The notes under the pieces were generated by a model. It did not search any database and was not told the origin of the DNA. It saw only the letters and a program-made list of their open reading frames with translations. This document shows, one piece after another, positions 1 to 13,247 of a stretch of 64,000 bases of DNA. Numbering within the stretch: the stretch's first letter is position 1; each line of letters opens with the position of its first letter. The stretch covers positions 1,798,001-1,862,000 of the forward strand of contig OZ287071.1 of NCBI GenBank assembly GCA_965645245.1, written 5' to 3'. The translations under genes and the position numbers were made by a program. Source of the DNA: Massalongia carnosa. Taxonomy: Eukaryota.

Positions 1-28
1 AAGACTAGTATTTCCAAGTGCCTTTTGC

Positions 29-2075
29 TTATAAAGGCACTTCTACAGTGGCAAGTACCTCTTCAATGACCTGCTCAGCCGTCACGCCATCGAGAAGTGC
101 TGTCACGGCTGCCAAATGGCTACCGTATTGCATACTTCTTTCATTTTCGGGTTTAGTTATGTTAACCCTGTGGGAGTAAATTTTTCTTGCAGCCAGAGTA
201 ACAAGAGAAGGTGTGACAAAATCAAGATGATGGAGAGGAGCAAGGGATCTAAGCGAATCTTTCAACTTTTGATCAACAAAAAATGTAGGTAATAAACCTA
301 CCTGACGAGGAGGTTGAAATGTCTGGTTGCACGGGGAGTTATGCCACCATCGACGGCACGATGAAGTCGGAGGAACGTGATGATGTTATGGAGGTAGCCC
401 ATCACTTCTCCAGCAACGGTGACATCTTTGCTGAGATCCGTCAACGTACGGATGTCCTGGGAATTTATAAGCATGTATCCTCAAATAAGCGCTTTACCGC
501 TAACCTCGTGGCTGAAAACGGGGCTTTCGCCGGATTTTAGGGAGGCTTGTACTGGGGAATGATGCAGCACGGAGGTCAAGGATTCCCGGTCATCGTCAAA
601 CCACCCAGACCCTTCCTCGAGATTTGCAAACCCGTCATCTAGCTGGTGATAATGAGAGATAAACAAGTGATCATTCTAGCATGCATCAGTTCATAATATT
701 ATGCAAAGCAAGACTAAACCTACAAGATGATTTACCAACGCGGCTCCAGAGGTAGTCTTCAGCACGACAATGAGAAATACCTTTGGGGCTGAATAGAAAG
801 CCGTACGAGTGAATATTCGCTTTGTCCTTAAAATCTAGGCTCGAGTCTTAGCGTTGATAGTAAATGTTGTTGCATAGACCGCACCTCGAGGACTTGGATT
901 TGAACTTGTGGGTCAGCTAAGTTAAGATTTTTGAGCAGCACGACATTCGCTATCTTGCGATCATCTTCATGATTTTTTGACCCGACCAAGGGAGCTGATG
1001 GATCAGCGAAAGAAGAAGTTGGCTTGGGTTTGCGAAAAGAACCCTGTATCGAGAGAGGCTTCAGCTGGCGTACAAAACATAATATGGAGCGGCAGGTTAT
1101 ATAATAAAATTCTAAATGGGTTAAAGGAGATGATTAGGAGGACCATTGAACGCATGCTAAACAACTGCCAAGCAAAAAAAGGCAAAATAAATCATGGGAG
1201 CAAGCTCTTGTTGATGAGCGAACCGAACAAATCGTGGTCAAAAACTCCTCCCTCTAGACTGAGTAAAGCTTGCAAGAGATTGAGGTGTTTAGGTAACTAA
1301 ATGATATGAGTTCCAAGCGCTAATAAACATCAAATTTAAACTCTTCTATGATTAATTTAATACTACAGCCAGTCTAGAGTATAATGCTTCAGCTATATTA
1401 AGAAACGAAAAGCTTCAGCTCGCAATAAGGATCGTAGTACTAGCCGTCGATCTCCTTTAGCCTTGTCATATGTCCATTGAACTGAAGACGCTTTATGGAG
1501 TCCTAGGAATTTGTATTCTTGGTTATGCATACTTTGCCATCTTCGTTATGCCCATGTCGGCCGCCGTGTACATAGCTTTTTCTAAAGTTCGCAGGAGTAC
1601 AAAATAGGAACGTGGGAAAGGAGAGTTAGAATCAAGACTTGTGTTGATGATTATAAAAATAGCATCTTATAAATAGTCTATGATTTTGAATGACCTAGTC
1701 TAAAAGACCATTAAGCAAATAGTATATAGCTTACCTGGTTTGATTTTGGCTTGTCTCCGTTCTCGGGCCCTCGGTTAAAATCACCTTCTATTAGAACCCC
1801 ATTGCTAAAGTCATCCAAAGACATGGAGGTGGTGCATTGGATTACAGTGTGTGAGAGACCAAAGACGTTGGAGGCAATCTATGAGTGGTTTCAGTGAAGC
1901 CGGTGATCATCATTCAGAAGGTGAGCCGCACAAGTTCGAGCTCATCCTCGAGCGAATCCAAAGCCTCTTCTTCGGTTTGAACTATACAATGCTCGCCAGC
2001 GACTAGGCTCAGGAGAATGGCAAGTTCGAGGTCTGTACATTCTTGGACTCTCTCTATCAGACCTGACGCTTCCAT
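29..2075 (-). CDS. Conserved fungal protein, MTC2/magnesium-chelatase-like degenerate AAA+ family (multi-exon)
   Basis: Exons join in frame through GT-AG introns: MEASGLIERVQECTDLELAILLSLVAGEHCIVQT / IASNVFGLSHTVIQC / ...DDRKIANVVLLKNLNLADPQVQIQVLE / ...DFVTPSLVTLAARKIYSHRV...ERSMQYGS...VEVPL*. Family name is from recall of similar fungal proteins. Confidence 0.7.
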
Positions 2076-2312
2076 TGGTATTCTTTCAAAATGGCGTTGA
2101 AAGATATGCCCAGACATATGATGATTTGGATCCTAGGAAATATTGCATTTCAGACGAGATTTTATATCTCGGGTAAGAACCGTGAGGGTAAATCTACCGC
2201 CAAGGTTCCCCGTAAGTCACGTGCTGATCAACTCGAGACTGTCGTTGATAGATTCCCAAGTTTCAATGCTCCTACAACAACAACACCACTGCCTCAGAGG
2301 CTGCCTGTACCG

Positions 2313-5054
2313 ATGTCAAATCCTACTGCTGATTGGGAACGGGTTGCTGATAAATACTATCGCAAAGTCAAGCTCTATGATGCTATTTTTGACCAGGATT
2401 TGGAACTTGAAAATTATATAGTCGCAGGAGCTCCTTATGGAGGTGCTCTTGGTATGACTACTTTCTTGTCTAAAGTGACGTATTGACAACTAAATACTTG
2501 TAGCTTTGTATCGTGATGAGGATAAAGTATCAACGTATCGTGGGGCTCAAGTCTCGAAGTCCAGCATCGACATCTACAGCTTTTCTGGCCAGTTGATTCA
2601 GCGAATCAATGTGGGTTATATCAAGCGGCATGTTAATTTTTTTTACAGTGCTGATAGCTCTAGTGGGATAAAGGCTCGATAAGAGGTCTAGGATGGTCAG
2701 AAGATGAGAAGTTGTTGGTCATTACCCAGGATGGGACTGTTAGGTGTTACTACAACCTTCAAAAGGACTTTACCCAATTTTCCCTGGGCCATGTATGTAG
2801 CGGGGAGATTAATAAAGTTCTGGTTCTGGGCTGATCAGAGAAGCATTAGGGGGCCGAAGAGCATGGCGTTGTCGCTTGTCGATTCTGGCTTACTGGCTTC
2901 GTTGCTATTCTATCAAACAATCATCTCATTGCAGTGTCCCACTACACCGAACCGCGACCGAAGCTGCTCGCGACACCCCCTACGGACTTGGTGCATTCCT
3001 GGACAGTTATACCTCCTGCCCACACACTTTCTCGGAGCGTCGAGGTTTTGCTGGCAATAGGACAAACTATTTTTGTCGTGGATGCTAGCGAAGCCGAGGA
3101 CCGGATGTTACCAAATGGGCCCTTCAAGCATGTCAGTGTATCTCCGAATGGACTATACGTAACTTTATATACAGAAGACGGCAAGGTTTGGGTAATTACT
3201 AGCGATTTTCAGAACAAGATTGGGGAATACGAATCGAAAGCAAAAACACTCCCAAAGGATGTCCAATGGTGTGGCAATGACTCCGTTGTACTTGTATGGG
3301 AAGATGAAGTGCATATGATAGGTCCAAATGGGGTAGTGTTGAGGTGGGTGATGAAAATGCAGAGTACACTCGTACTCTAACTGTGGTTTCTTAGGCACTA
3401 CTATGATGGGTGGGTCCATCTGTTAGCAGACGTTGACGGCGTTCGTTTGATCACTAATGAAATATGCGAGTTTTTGCAAAAAGTGCCGGGTCAGTCTCAT
3501 CAAGTTATTTTTCGTATTTTTTGTTCTAACCTTGACGAAGACACTACTGAGGAAGTGTTTAAGCTTGGCTCTACGTCGCCGGCGTCCGTTCTTTTAGATG
3601 CTGTGGATCAGCTTGAAAAGAAGTCGCCCAAAGCAGACGAAAATATACAGCTGATCCGATCGAACTTGCCCGACGCGGTTGCAGCCTGTGTAGAAGCCGC
3701 TGGTCAGGAATACAGCACTCACTGGCAAAAACAATTACTGAAAGCAGCATCTTTTGGAAAGTCCGTGCTGGATCTTTACAGCAGTGACGATTTCGTTGAC
3801 ATGTGCGAAAATATCCGTGTACTAAATGCAGTCCGAGATTATCGCATAGGTCTACCAATATCTTACGATCAATATCAATATCTAACCCCCGAAAAGCTCA
3901 TTCAGCGTCTCATAAATCGGCAAGAATATCTACTTGCAATTCGCCTTTCAGAGTACCTCCGTCTTCCCACCAACAAGATCTATGTCCACTGGGCTTCCCA
4001 AAAAGTACGAAACTCCACGGCCGACGAAGAATCCATCTGCAAAACAGTCGTCAACAAACTTCAGAATAAACAGGGCATCTCGTTTGAGGCTATTGCCCGC
4101 TCGGCTTACGATGAAGGCCGTAGCCATCTGGCGACTCAGCTCCTAGATCATGAAACCCGCGCCGGCAAGCAAGTCCCTCTCTTGCTCTCGATGGAAGAGG
4201 ACGAAATCGCTCTTGATAAAGCCATCGAAAGCGGTGACACCGATCTTGTATTCTTTGTTCTGCTCCACCTTAAGAAAAAACTCCCTCTCGCCTCCTTCTT
4301 CCGCGTCCTGAATAACCGACCCGTTGCCACCGCGCTTGTTGAGTCATCTGCCAGATCTCAAGACAGGGAACTCCTCAAGGACCTCTACTACCAAGATGAC
4401 CGCCGCCTTGACGGCGCCAACCTCCTCATTGCCGAGGCCCTCGCCCAATCCGCCCCACAAACCAAGATCGACAAGCTCAAACTCGCCACTAAGCTGCTCT
4501 CGGACTTCAAAGACCCGGCCGCAAGCCTACATCAAAAATCCTACGCCGAAGCTCAGCAACTCATCCGCACACAGGACGTGTTGGACCGCGACCTCGACGC
4601 CCGCTTCTCAGGCCTCTCTCTTAACGAAACCCTTGTTCGCCTTGTCCGCTCCGGCTACTCAAAGCGTGCTGCCAAGATCCAGGCCGAATTTCGCGTCCCC
4701 GATAAAACGTGGTGGTGGCTGCGCCTCCGCGCCCTGGTCGCCAAGCGCGACTGGGGCGAAATTGAGGAGATGGCTAAGCAGCGCCGCAGCGCCATTGGTT
4801 GGGAACCCTTCTTCAACGAGGTCTTGGGTGCCGGCAACACCAAGCTAGCCGCCGTGTTTGTGTCCAAGTGCACGGGCTTGACGGCGAGGGAGCGCAGTGG
4901 GATGTGGGTCAAGTGCGGGATGGTTGGGAAGGCGGGAGAGGAACTGATGAAGGCGAAGGATCTCGAGGGACTAGAGGGCTTGAGGGCCAAGGCGAGCGGG
5001 GCTGGGGCCGCGGAGATTGATCGGATGATTGGGGGGTTGAGACCGAGACGATGA
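2313..5054 (+). CDS. VPS16: Vacuolar protein sorting protein Vps16 (HOPS/CORVET core), multi-exon
   Basis: MSNPTADWERVADKYYRK...YIVAGAPYGGA; KQLLKAASFGK; RVLNAVR; LLLSMEEDEIALDKAIESGDTDL; WWWLRLRALV; IGWEPF. Several short GT-AG introns in the 5' half. Confidence 0.95.
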
Positions 5055-5491
5055 TTCATGGGGTGCGAAGATTATATGCACGCGAAAGGGTAATTAATTA
5101 TGGGTGAGAGTGACAGAAGCTTTTGATGGAAGATGCAACGGGTTATGTAATGGCCGCTTTGCTGTAAAGTGAGAGAGGCCAAGCTTTCATGCCACAAAAT
5201 ATAGTTGGGTACGAATCCGTCTGGCCTACCTTCTTTCCTCCAATCCCTCAAGCCCACAGCTTGAACGTGCGCGCTACTGTTTCCCTTTCCCTTTCTTTCC
5301 TTCCAAGTTGCGGCCGTGAGTTGTCCGATCCTATTTTAATTCCTCCTGCCGGAACGCCCTAGCTGTCCATTCTCGCTCGATGCGTGTCGGAAGAGCTGAA
5401 CCCTTGGGTTCATGCCAAATCAGTCCCACACGCAAATCTTCTCTCCTTTCCTTGAACGCGCTAGAAACAAACCCCAATCACACGCGAAGTT

Positions 5492-7514
5492 TCAATTCCT
5501 TGTCCGTTCCCCTAGAACTTCTCTCTTGCGCCCTCTCCGACGAACGCCATCGCCACCGCCGCCGCCAATCCCCTTGACAAGGCCGAATCGCGCATGATCG
5601 TCCGCTACTTTCCGCCGAAAGAGGTTGAGATCCTTGAGCAAATCCTCCATGCGCGCCTGCATCTCCACGGCCTCCTCTTCCACCCGCCGGTCGTGTTGCT
5701 GGTCACTCTCGTGCCATTGCCGCTCAGCTTCCATCTGCGAGGGGCTAGGCGCGCGGTTTTCCTTGTCCGCCGCAGTGTCGCTTCGCGGCGGCTCGCGGCC
5801 GGACTTGATCGCATCATCGGCGGATTCGTCATCGGCTGAGATGTTGGCGGTTTGAGGAGGGGGGTTCAGTGGTGGCAAGACCTCGATGGGGTTCCGCAAG
5901 CTCTCGACCGCAAGTTTTAGATGTAGACGCAGCGCCTCGTTCTGTTCGACCAGCTGCCTGATCTTGCTTTCGCCCACCAAGCGCTCCTCCTCCATGAGCC
6001 GCTGCATACGCTCAACCTTGATCTGGTACTCCTCGAGTTTCTCGTCACGGGCGCCGCTCGCCACAGACGTGGTTTCGGGGCGACCTTTACGCTCATTGGC
6101 AGCCTGGTTAGCGACACTAACTTGCACCTGTAGCTCGCGGATCGTGTTCTGCATCTCGGCGATTTGGGCGTCGCGCTCGGCGGCTGAGACGCTGTCCTGA
6201 TTAACAATGGCGCGCGTACGAATATGCTTGGCCTGATCGGCATATCGAAGCGTGGAAAGCGTTTCGTCGTAGTCTGCAGGCGATATGCAGGCGATCATAG
6301 CTGTTTTTGAGTTGCCCCCTAAGGAGTCTTTGAGCAGCCAGGTGAGGATGGAATCGCGGTAAGGGACTACGTCTTTGCTTCTGTGCTTGCCACCATTGTG
6401 GACACGGCCATGGCGGGGATCGGCGAGAGCGGCGATGACACGCCCGAGCGTTGTGAGGGATTTATTGATGTTACTGCCTTCGCGCAGTCGGGCGCCGGTG
6501 GCTTCTGTAGCTTTGGCACGCTCACTGCCAGCAAGGTCGACGAGCCGGATGCGGGCAAGACGTTCAGTCGTAGAGTCCGTTGAGAGGTCGTGATGGATTT
6601 GTTTAAGGATGATGGTAAAGACGGCGTGAGAGCGCGAAGAAGTGTCGTTCATTTTCGTAGAGGCGATGGTCCGGTTGTTATCACCGAGGCGCATATATCG
6701 AAGAAGCTCATGATAGTTTTTTACCGGAACGTCGGTGAGGTCCTTGATGTAGGGGCCTTCGGTGGGTGATTCACGAATTTTGAGATAGTAAGGGGTATTG
6801 TTAGACGAGGGATGGGGAGGCGTCAGGAGGTCACGAACGTGCTCGTTATAAACCTCAAAGTAGGAGACCCGGACGGTATAGGAGACGTGCGGTAACACGC
6901 TCGCTTCAATGCGCTGGAACAGATCTTCACATGTCCTTGGAATTAAGCCTGGCTGGGTAGGGGTACCCATCATGGTGTAAGATTTCCCTGAACCGGTCTG
7001 ACCGTAGGCCAAGATGCATGTATGATAGCCTTCAAAATTGTGATCCAAAAACTCTTCCCCAAGCGCATTGTAGATATCTTCTTGATGCGCATAGTGAGAG
7101 TCAGCGGGATTGTGAGACCAAAAGGAGTTATCGAAGGTGAAGGCCTTCTCCTCAAGAACTTTACGACTCTGCATTCGGGCATTGGCGGGGTCGATGGTGT
7201 TTGGTACCAACAGCTTTGTAGCTTGAGTGTGTGGATGCATTTCCACAAGGCATTCTGCTCCCCGTTCGATCTCTGTATCGCATTTAGCTCTGCTGGCCAC
7301 GAGTTCATTGAACACTAGCACTATCCATACCTCGAGGTAGAAATCCTCTGACGCGGACGACTACCCTCACATTTCCTCCCCCGTTGTCAGGTGTACTTCG
7401 GCCCATGGGAACGAGTTCGGACTCGCGTGAACGCAAGGACGGAGTGGATGCGGATGATTTAAGTTGCCGGGCCTCTGCAGCAACTCCAGGATAAGCTCGA
7501 GGATCCAGCCCCAT
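5492..7514 (-). CDS. Kinesin-3 family motor (short, UncB/Nkin3-like)
   Basis: NVRVVVRVR, FTFDNSFWS, P-loop AYGQTGSGKSYTMMG, switch I NDTSSRSHA, switch II LVDLAGSER, YDETLSTLRYA, then coiled coil. One intron with donor at 7330; ATG at 7514. Confidence 0.93.
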
Positions 7515-8617
7515 TTCTTCTAGTCGACTGATGATGTCGTCGATGATCTCTCTATATCTCAATCGCTGCAGCACATACATCCACGAGTTATGCTGCAATT
7601 TATGCTCGGCATAATGAAAGTAAACAAAACAACTGGTCAGGGTATCAACTGCAGGGATGATGCGTTTCCAACGGGTGACTGTGCGTATGAGAAACGCCAG
7701 CATGTGGACCCCAAGACGCGGCTGTTTCACGTAATCACGAGACTTTCAAGCTCTCTCACTAACATATTTCGTATATGACCACGCTTTGGGCATGACTTTT
7801 GATAAGTTTATAGCAGTATGGAACGGAGAAAAAGGTCATACAAAGACCCATGCTTGCTTGAAAGTTTGGAGCGCACAGAATATCGAACACCTACCTACCA
7901 GTGCCTATGTACAGAGTACTCTATACTCTATACCTACTTCTGAATGGCGGGAAGCGAGTTTGTTATGCATCGTCCGAATCTGGCTTCTTAAATCCGGCGA
8001 AACTCCGAAGATTGGTAAAAATAACCCAGTGAGGCAAAACCCTAACTTTACCTCTTCCCCATGTGCTGGGGGGGGTAAGGGCTATAATAAATCTACCTTC
8101 CTCCAGGTATCTTCTCTCTCGATATTTGCACACTTTTGTCCCCATCATTCACATCTTACAATGCTGCATACCTAAACAATGTTCTTTCCCTACCAATCAC
8201 CCTACCTACCTAAACTATCTACTGAACTGCCAGTAACATCATGATTGGTTTCATGTTCTCCTCTGCACCTTTCCTTCGTTACGTTCCCACGAAGCCATTC
8301 ACCTCCTCCCCGGTTGGCTCGACGTTTTGAGAAGAGAATAGACAATGGAACTACCAGCATGCCCTCGCCACGATCATAAAGTCGGTTCTATGCAATACTT
8401 GACACCTTCACAAACCTGTAGACCTGACTGGCTGACTTGAACATGCGGTGTAAAGCGGACGCATCATCAAATGTCCACTGGCTCCGGCCGGAATTTTAAT
8501 CACTCTGAACCTTCCAGCAACACTCGTGATCCGACTCACCCTACCACACATTCGCTCCACCTTACCCTCCCGTCCCTCAGGTTTCCTGGTGACGGCCTCG
8601 ACTGTAGAAGGCCTATC

Positions 8618-9607
8618 ATGTCGCAAACGCAGGAAGTAATTGATCTGACGGAGGATTCGTCAAGCCCTTTGGAGAATTTGTTCCATCCCCACTCAGCATA
8701 TGGTTCATCAAGAGCTCGTAACAACCACTATCCGCATTTCGGGCGTGACGTCATTGCCATAGACGAGCAGGAGGACCCCAATGCCAACCGAGCTGTCGAC
8801 GAGCCTCGAAGGGGCAGTCCAGAGGTTGAGCTGCTCTATTCTAGACCACGCCTTATGGCTATACCACGGCCGCGTAATGCAGCAGGTGGGCCAAACATGC
8901 AGCGAAATGACAGGATAGGAAACAACCACGAGGGGAACGAGAGGCATACAGATGCTGTCAATGGTCGCCCCGTTCAAAGCTTGACTACTTTGGCGGAATG
9001 GAGAGCCCGAGCTCAAAGAACCCATCCGCCCCATGCACATCAGCCAGGCAATTTTGACCCCACGCGCCGGCTTTCGCGAGAAATCTTGGCTCATCTCCAG
9101 CCTGGCTTTCAAGTACCACCAAATCTAGGCCTGGATGACGATGTGATGTTTATAGATGGAGTTCCTCAAATAGATCTTCCTGGGCAACTGGATTTCCTCC
9201 GCCAGGGCTTTGCTATGGGGAATGTTCCACAACCTCAATTACCACCTCCAACTTACGATGCGCCTGCTTCCCCTCGTACGGGCTATACCCGATCACCTAC
9301 GGAGGACGACATGCTCGTCTGTCCTAATTGTGAGGAAGAGTTGGGAATGGGGAAGGACGAAGTGAAAAAGCAAGTCTGGGTTGCAAAGAAATGTGGCCAC
9401 GTAAGTACAACATTTGGGGGATGTTGGCTCTTGTGGGGCTGACGGTTGGTGTAGGTCTACTGCGGTGAATGCACCAAGCATCGGCAAAGCTCTGGAAGGG
9501 GGAAGCTTATGCGAGCACAACTGCCGAAGCCCTTTTCGAAATGCGTGGTTGAGGATTGTGATAATCGAATTAGCCATGCTAGAAGTTTCTTCCAGATCTA
9601 TCTCTAA
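8618..9607 (+). CDS. SUMO-targeted ubiquitin ligase subunit-like protein (Slx5/Rfp1-like): SIMs plus C-terminal RING-like domain
   Basis: SIM-like motifs VIDLTED, VIAIDE, DDDVMFID. CPNC...KCGH|VYCGEC...C..EDC joined by GT-AG intron 9401-9454; ends FFQIYL*. Start could be the upstream ATG at 8471. Confidence 0.75.
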
Positions 9608-11006
9608 TTCCCTATCCTCGGTGCGAAATCAAAGTTGTATAGCATTGGCGTTCTGGTAATACAACGGAGGCGTTGAAATGGAAAATTTCGGCCAGCGTGG
9701 GAAATTGGATGTCTTAAGAACAGGTAGCTACCTCATGGCGGCATACTATCGTCCCATAAAAGGTGGCGGGCGAGGGCACGCTTTGGGTGATTGAGGTCTG
9801 GACTGGCCATAAGGCTTAGATCGTGGATCTCGCGGACCGGTTGCATCAAGATTTGTGGGTTTGTTATCCTGGCTTGTGCTGCTAAAGATGGCGATGATAT
9901 GTTTGGTAACGATCCCATGCTATGCGCTAAGCAGATGCATATGTGTGAGCTTTGGTGATTCGCTGAAAACAGCTCTTCATGCAGTCAACTAGAGGGATGA
10001 AGCTATCCTAGCGAAAAGGGAAGGGGAAGAACAGTGATGGTAAATGGATGAGTTCAACAAGATAGGACCATCAACGCATCTGAAGGAATGCTTTCCGACA
10101 AGTCTTTCTCCGTATAAGAAGATGTTATCTTCCTGCTATTGTCATCTCGGCCTCCAAATGACCCTTCCATGAATTGACCCTTTCATCTCATCATTCCTTA
10201 ACCCTTTCTCTTCACCACCGTTCCCCCCATGTTTAAACTTTCCCACAACTCCCGACTTCAAAGTCACCTCTACAAATTTCAACGAAACATTTCTTTTCTC
10301 CTTCAAAGATCTCCTGACGAGGATTTTGAATTTGGAGCGGAGGGTCGCAGATGGATGCACTCTGAGCACTTTGCCTCTTCGAAGGTTCCGTTCATTTTTA
10401 GATCTCAATCGCATACTTATATTGAGGGAAACGAACCTATCACAAGTTTCTGAATAGTGCAAAGTAACAATGTATTGGAGTTCGCTTTCCGGCTTAAATT
10501 GGGGCAGGAGCAGGAGAAACACCGGCTCACGATAAGGATAACATGAAAAAGGGGTAAAAAATGGAAGAACTCGGATGGGAGCCATTGGAGCATGGAGTGC
10601 TGATTGGTAGCGATGAAAAGAGATAAAGAGAAAGAAATAAAATACAGAGTACTCGTGTGAAGCCGGAAAGTATGTGTAGGCTGCCAGGCATCAGAAAGTG
10701 TATTTCAAATTTTTTTTTGGCCTTACGATCCAACGAATAGCCTGAGGATATCATAAGGTTCTCATTTACCTATTCGCCATTCATGTTCTTCTCCGTTGCA
10801 TCTGAGTGTCAACTACAGAAATGGAGGATATTCTTGTTGAGTGAATGGCAATCTAGAGAAAGACGCTAGCCCTCACGGTACGGTACCTGCCAGCCACTGT
10901 ATTACCTCAGGGGTTAACCACGTGACTACGTATAGTTGATTGAACCTCAAAAGTGATTAAGGAGTATGTACAATCGTAGTTTGATCTCCCATTTCGGAAG
11001 ATCGAA

Positions 11007-11774
11007 ATGGATCGTCCGTCTGCCTCCCGCCAACAGCTCAAGTCTCAGTATCTAACTCTTTATAACTTTGTCAGCGCCATCCTCTGGGTTGCTGTCTTCG
11101 GCCGCGTCGTTCTGCTCATACCTCTTGTAGGAGCGCAGAATGTCTATGGCGGTGTTGGCGAGTTCACCAAATGGACGCAAACTGTTGCACTCTTGGAGGT
11201 TTTACATTCCGCCCTAGGTACCAAGCCAAGACTGCTCTGCCCCCCCGGTGCTACTCAGGATCTATTATACTAATATAATGCTATGAACAGGCCTTGTCCG
11301 TTCCCCTATCCTCACAACCTTGATGCAAGTTTCCTCACGTATCCTTCTGGTTTGGGGCGTCGTGGATGCTCACCCAAAAGCCACTTCACCGTCCCCGTTC
11401 TACAGCAGCATGCTCTTGGCCTGGTCCATTACCGAAGTTGTTCGGTACAGCTACTTTGCCCTGAACCTCCGAAGCGGGGTCCCGAGCTTCCTGACGTGGC
11501 TGCGCTACAACACCTTCTACCTGCTGTATCCGATTGGGATTGGCAGCGAGATGGTCATGATTTTCAAGGCGAGCGAGGTGTCGGAAAAGAGGTGGCAGTG
11601 GCTGTATTTGGGGGTTTTACTGGCCTATGTTCCTGGTTTGTGCTTTACATCCTCTCGGTGTGTGGAGAAGGTCTTCTGGCTGAAATTGCTCTAGGGTCAT
11701 ACGTTATGTATACACACATGATGACGCAAAGGAGGAAGATTATGAGAGGGAAGGGGCCTGAGAGGAGACAATGA
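11007..11774 (+). CDS. PHS1: Very-long-chain 3-hydroxyacyl-CoA dehydratase (PTPLA family)
   Basis: YLTLYN, WTQTVALLEVLHSALG, QVSSR, AWSITEVVRYSYF, WLRYNTFYLLYPIG, YTHMMTQRRK. Introns at about 11218-11290 and 11636-11694. Confidence 0.95.
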
Positions 11775-12189
11775 ACGTTGGCTTCGCGGTGATAACCGCT
11801 TTGCATTTAAGGCCGCAGGGCAAGCATAATCCGGCTCTTACGGCCCGTAGAGCTCGGTGCTGGCGAGGGGGGACCAATGTGCACAGCGGAGGAACCCAAA
11901 GAAGAAAGTCTGACCTCCTAACCGCTTGCGATCCTAGTACCATAATGCACGTCCCCAAAGAGAGCCGAGCAGCACCCTGATTACATATTTTTCGACCAGG
12001 GGCGATGCACTACATAGATCTTTCCCAAGTACCAGGCTCCCTCAGGCTCCGTCCCCAACATTTGCAGGGGCTTAGTTACTTGCCTCCGCAGTATCTATTT
12101 ATGCTCTATATCGCTTAGAACTCCCCCATTCCTCAAGGAGGCAAAAGAGAGACTGTTACCATTCCCTCCGCCTTGGGAGTGGAGGAACA

Positions 12190-13025
12190 GCTCTCTCTCT
12201 TTCTCTCACACACACATAGAGTTCGGGAGCGAGGTATTCCTTATGTATCATAAAAGAGACATGAGCCATGCATGGATTGCTGAGCAGGGAAACAATCCCC
12301 CGGGATTTCCCATTAATTAAAAGCTTCTAACACTTTCTGTTAACCTTTTTCATTTAGCCATACAAGACCCAAGCCTGGGCGCAAACCCCAACGTTATAAC
12401 CAACGATTCATACGCAATTCTCTTACTTCCTCTCTCTCTCTCTCTCTAAATCCCCTTTCCACCCATCCCCCCCCAAAAAAAAACCATCCTTCCCAACCAA
12501 CCCCATCCATCCATCCATCCATCCATCCATCCCTCATTTCCTCCCACTCCATACTCAATACTCAACAGTCTTCCCGCCAAAATCCAGTCCCCGCCGCGTC
12601 GTTCCGAATCATGCTCTTTGGGAAGGGGGAGGAGGAGGACGGGGTTCGGTTCGTTGCGTGGAGAGAATCGTGCATGGGAGATAGATGGTGGAAATTTGTC
12701 TAGATAATTGAGGAGACATAAATTTTGTGTTAATTTTTTCCCCCGCCTCCTACCGGGGTCTTGGGGAGTATTCTTATCTCTCTGGTTTTGATTTTGATTT
12801 TGTGCTAAAACCCCCTTTTTCCGTTATCTTATCCTCGAAAAAAAACCCCCCATTTCACTCCCCCCTTTCGTCCCATCCCTTCCATCCCATCCGCTATCCT
12901 TGTCTCCCACCTCAACGCCCCCCCAAAAAAAGAATCCGCTACGTGGAGAGATGATGGTCGTCTATCTATCTAGGTATTTATTTATTAATATGGATCTATC
13001 TATCTATATATATAGGTAGGTAGGT
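12190..13025. repeat. Low-complexity intergenic tract with microsatellites: (CT)n/(CA)n at about 12190-12217, (CT)n at about 12430-12447, (CCAT)x7 at 12503-12530, CTAT/TAGG runs at about 12960-13025
   Basis: Read directly from the sequence, between the convergent PHS1 and flippase genes. Confidence 0.85.
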
Positions 13026-13247
13026 GTTGCGTGTATGTAAACAGATAGGTGGTTAAAACACAGGCTGATTAAATCCCGCTTCTACGAGCCCCCCCGCACG
13101 ACTAGGCTAGAAATAGGGGACTCACTTGATGCGAGGAGAGAGATACTCTCACTTCCTCATGCTTCCAGTCCCCCTGAACCCCAACTTCAAACTCCCACAT
13201 TTTGCTAAAACGCCAACAAAATATCAACCGATTAACCAGTCTAGCAA

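Noticed and set aside
3571..7318. Many overlapping ORFs within VPS16 and kinesin (and similar ones inside other genes)
   Set aside because: Shadow frames caused by GC-rich codon bias. Many start at GTG/TTG, which does not fit a eukaryotic locus.
9700..10760. ORFs between the RING gene and PHS1 (e.g. 10142-10585)
   Set aside because: No recognisable motifs or convincing exon structure. A decayed gene cannot be excluded without BLASTX.
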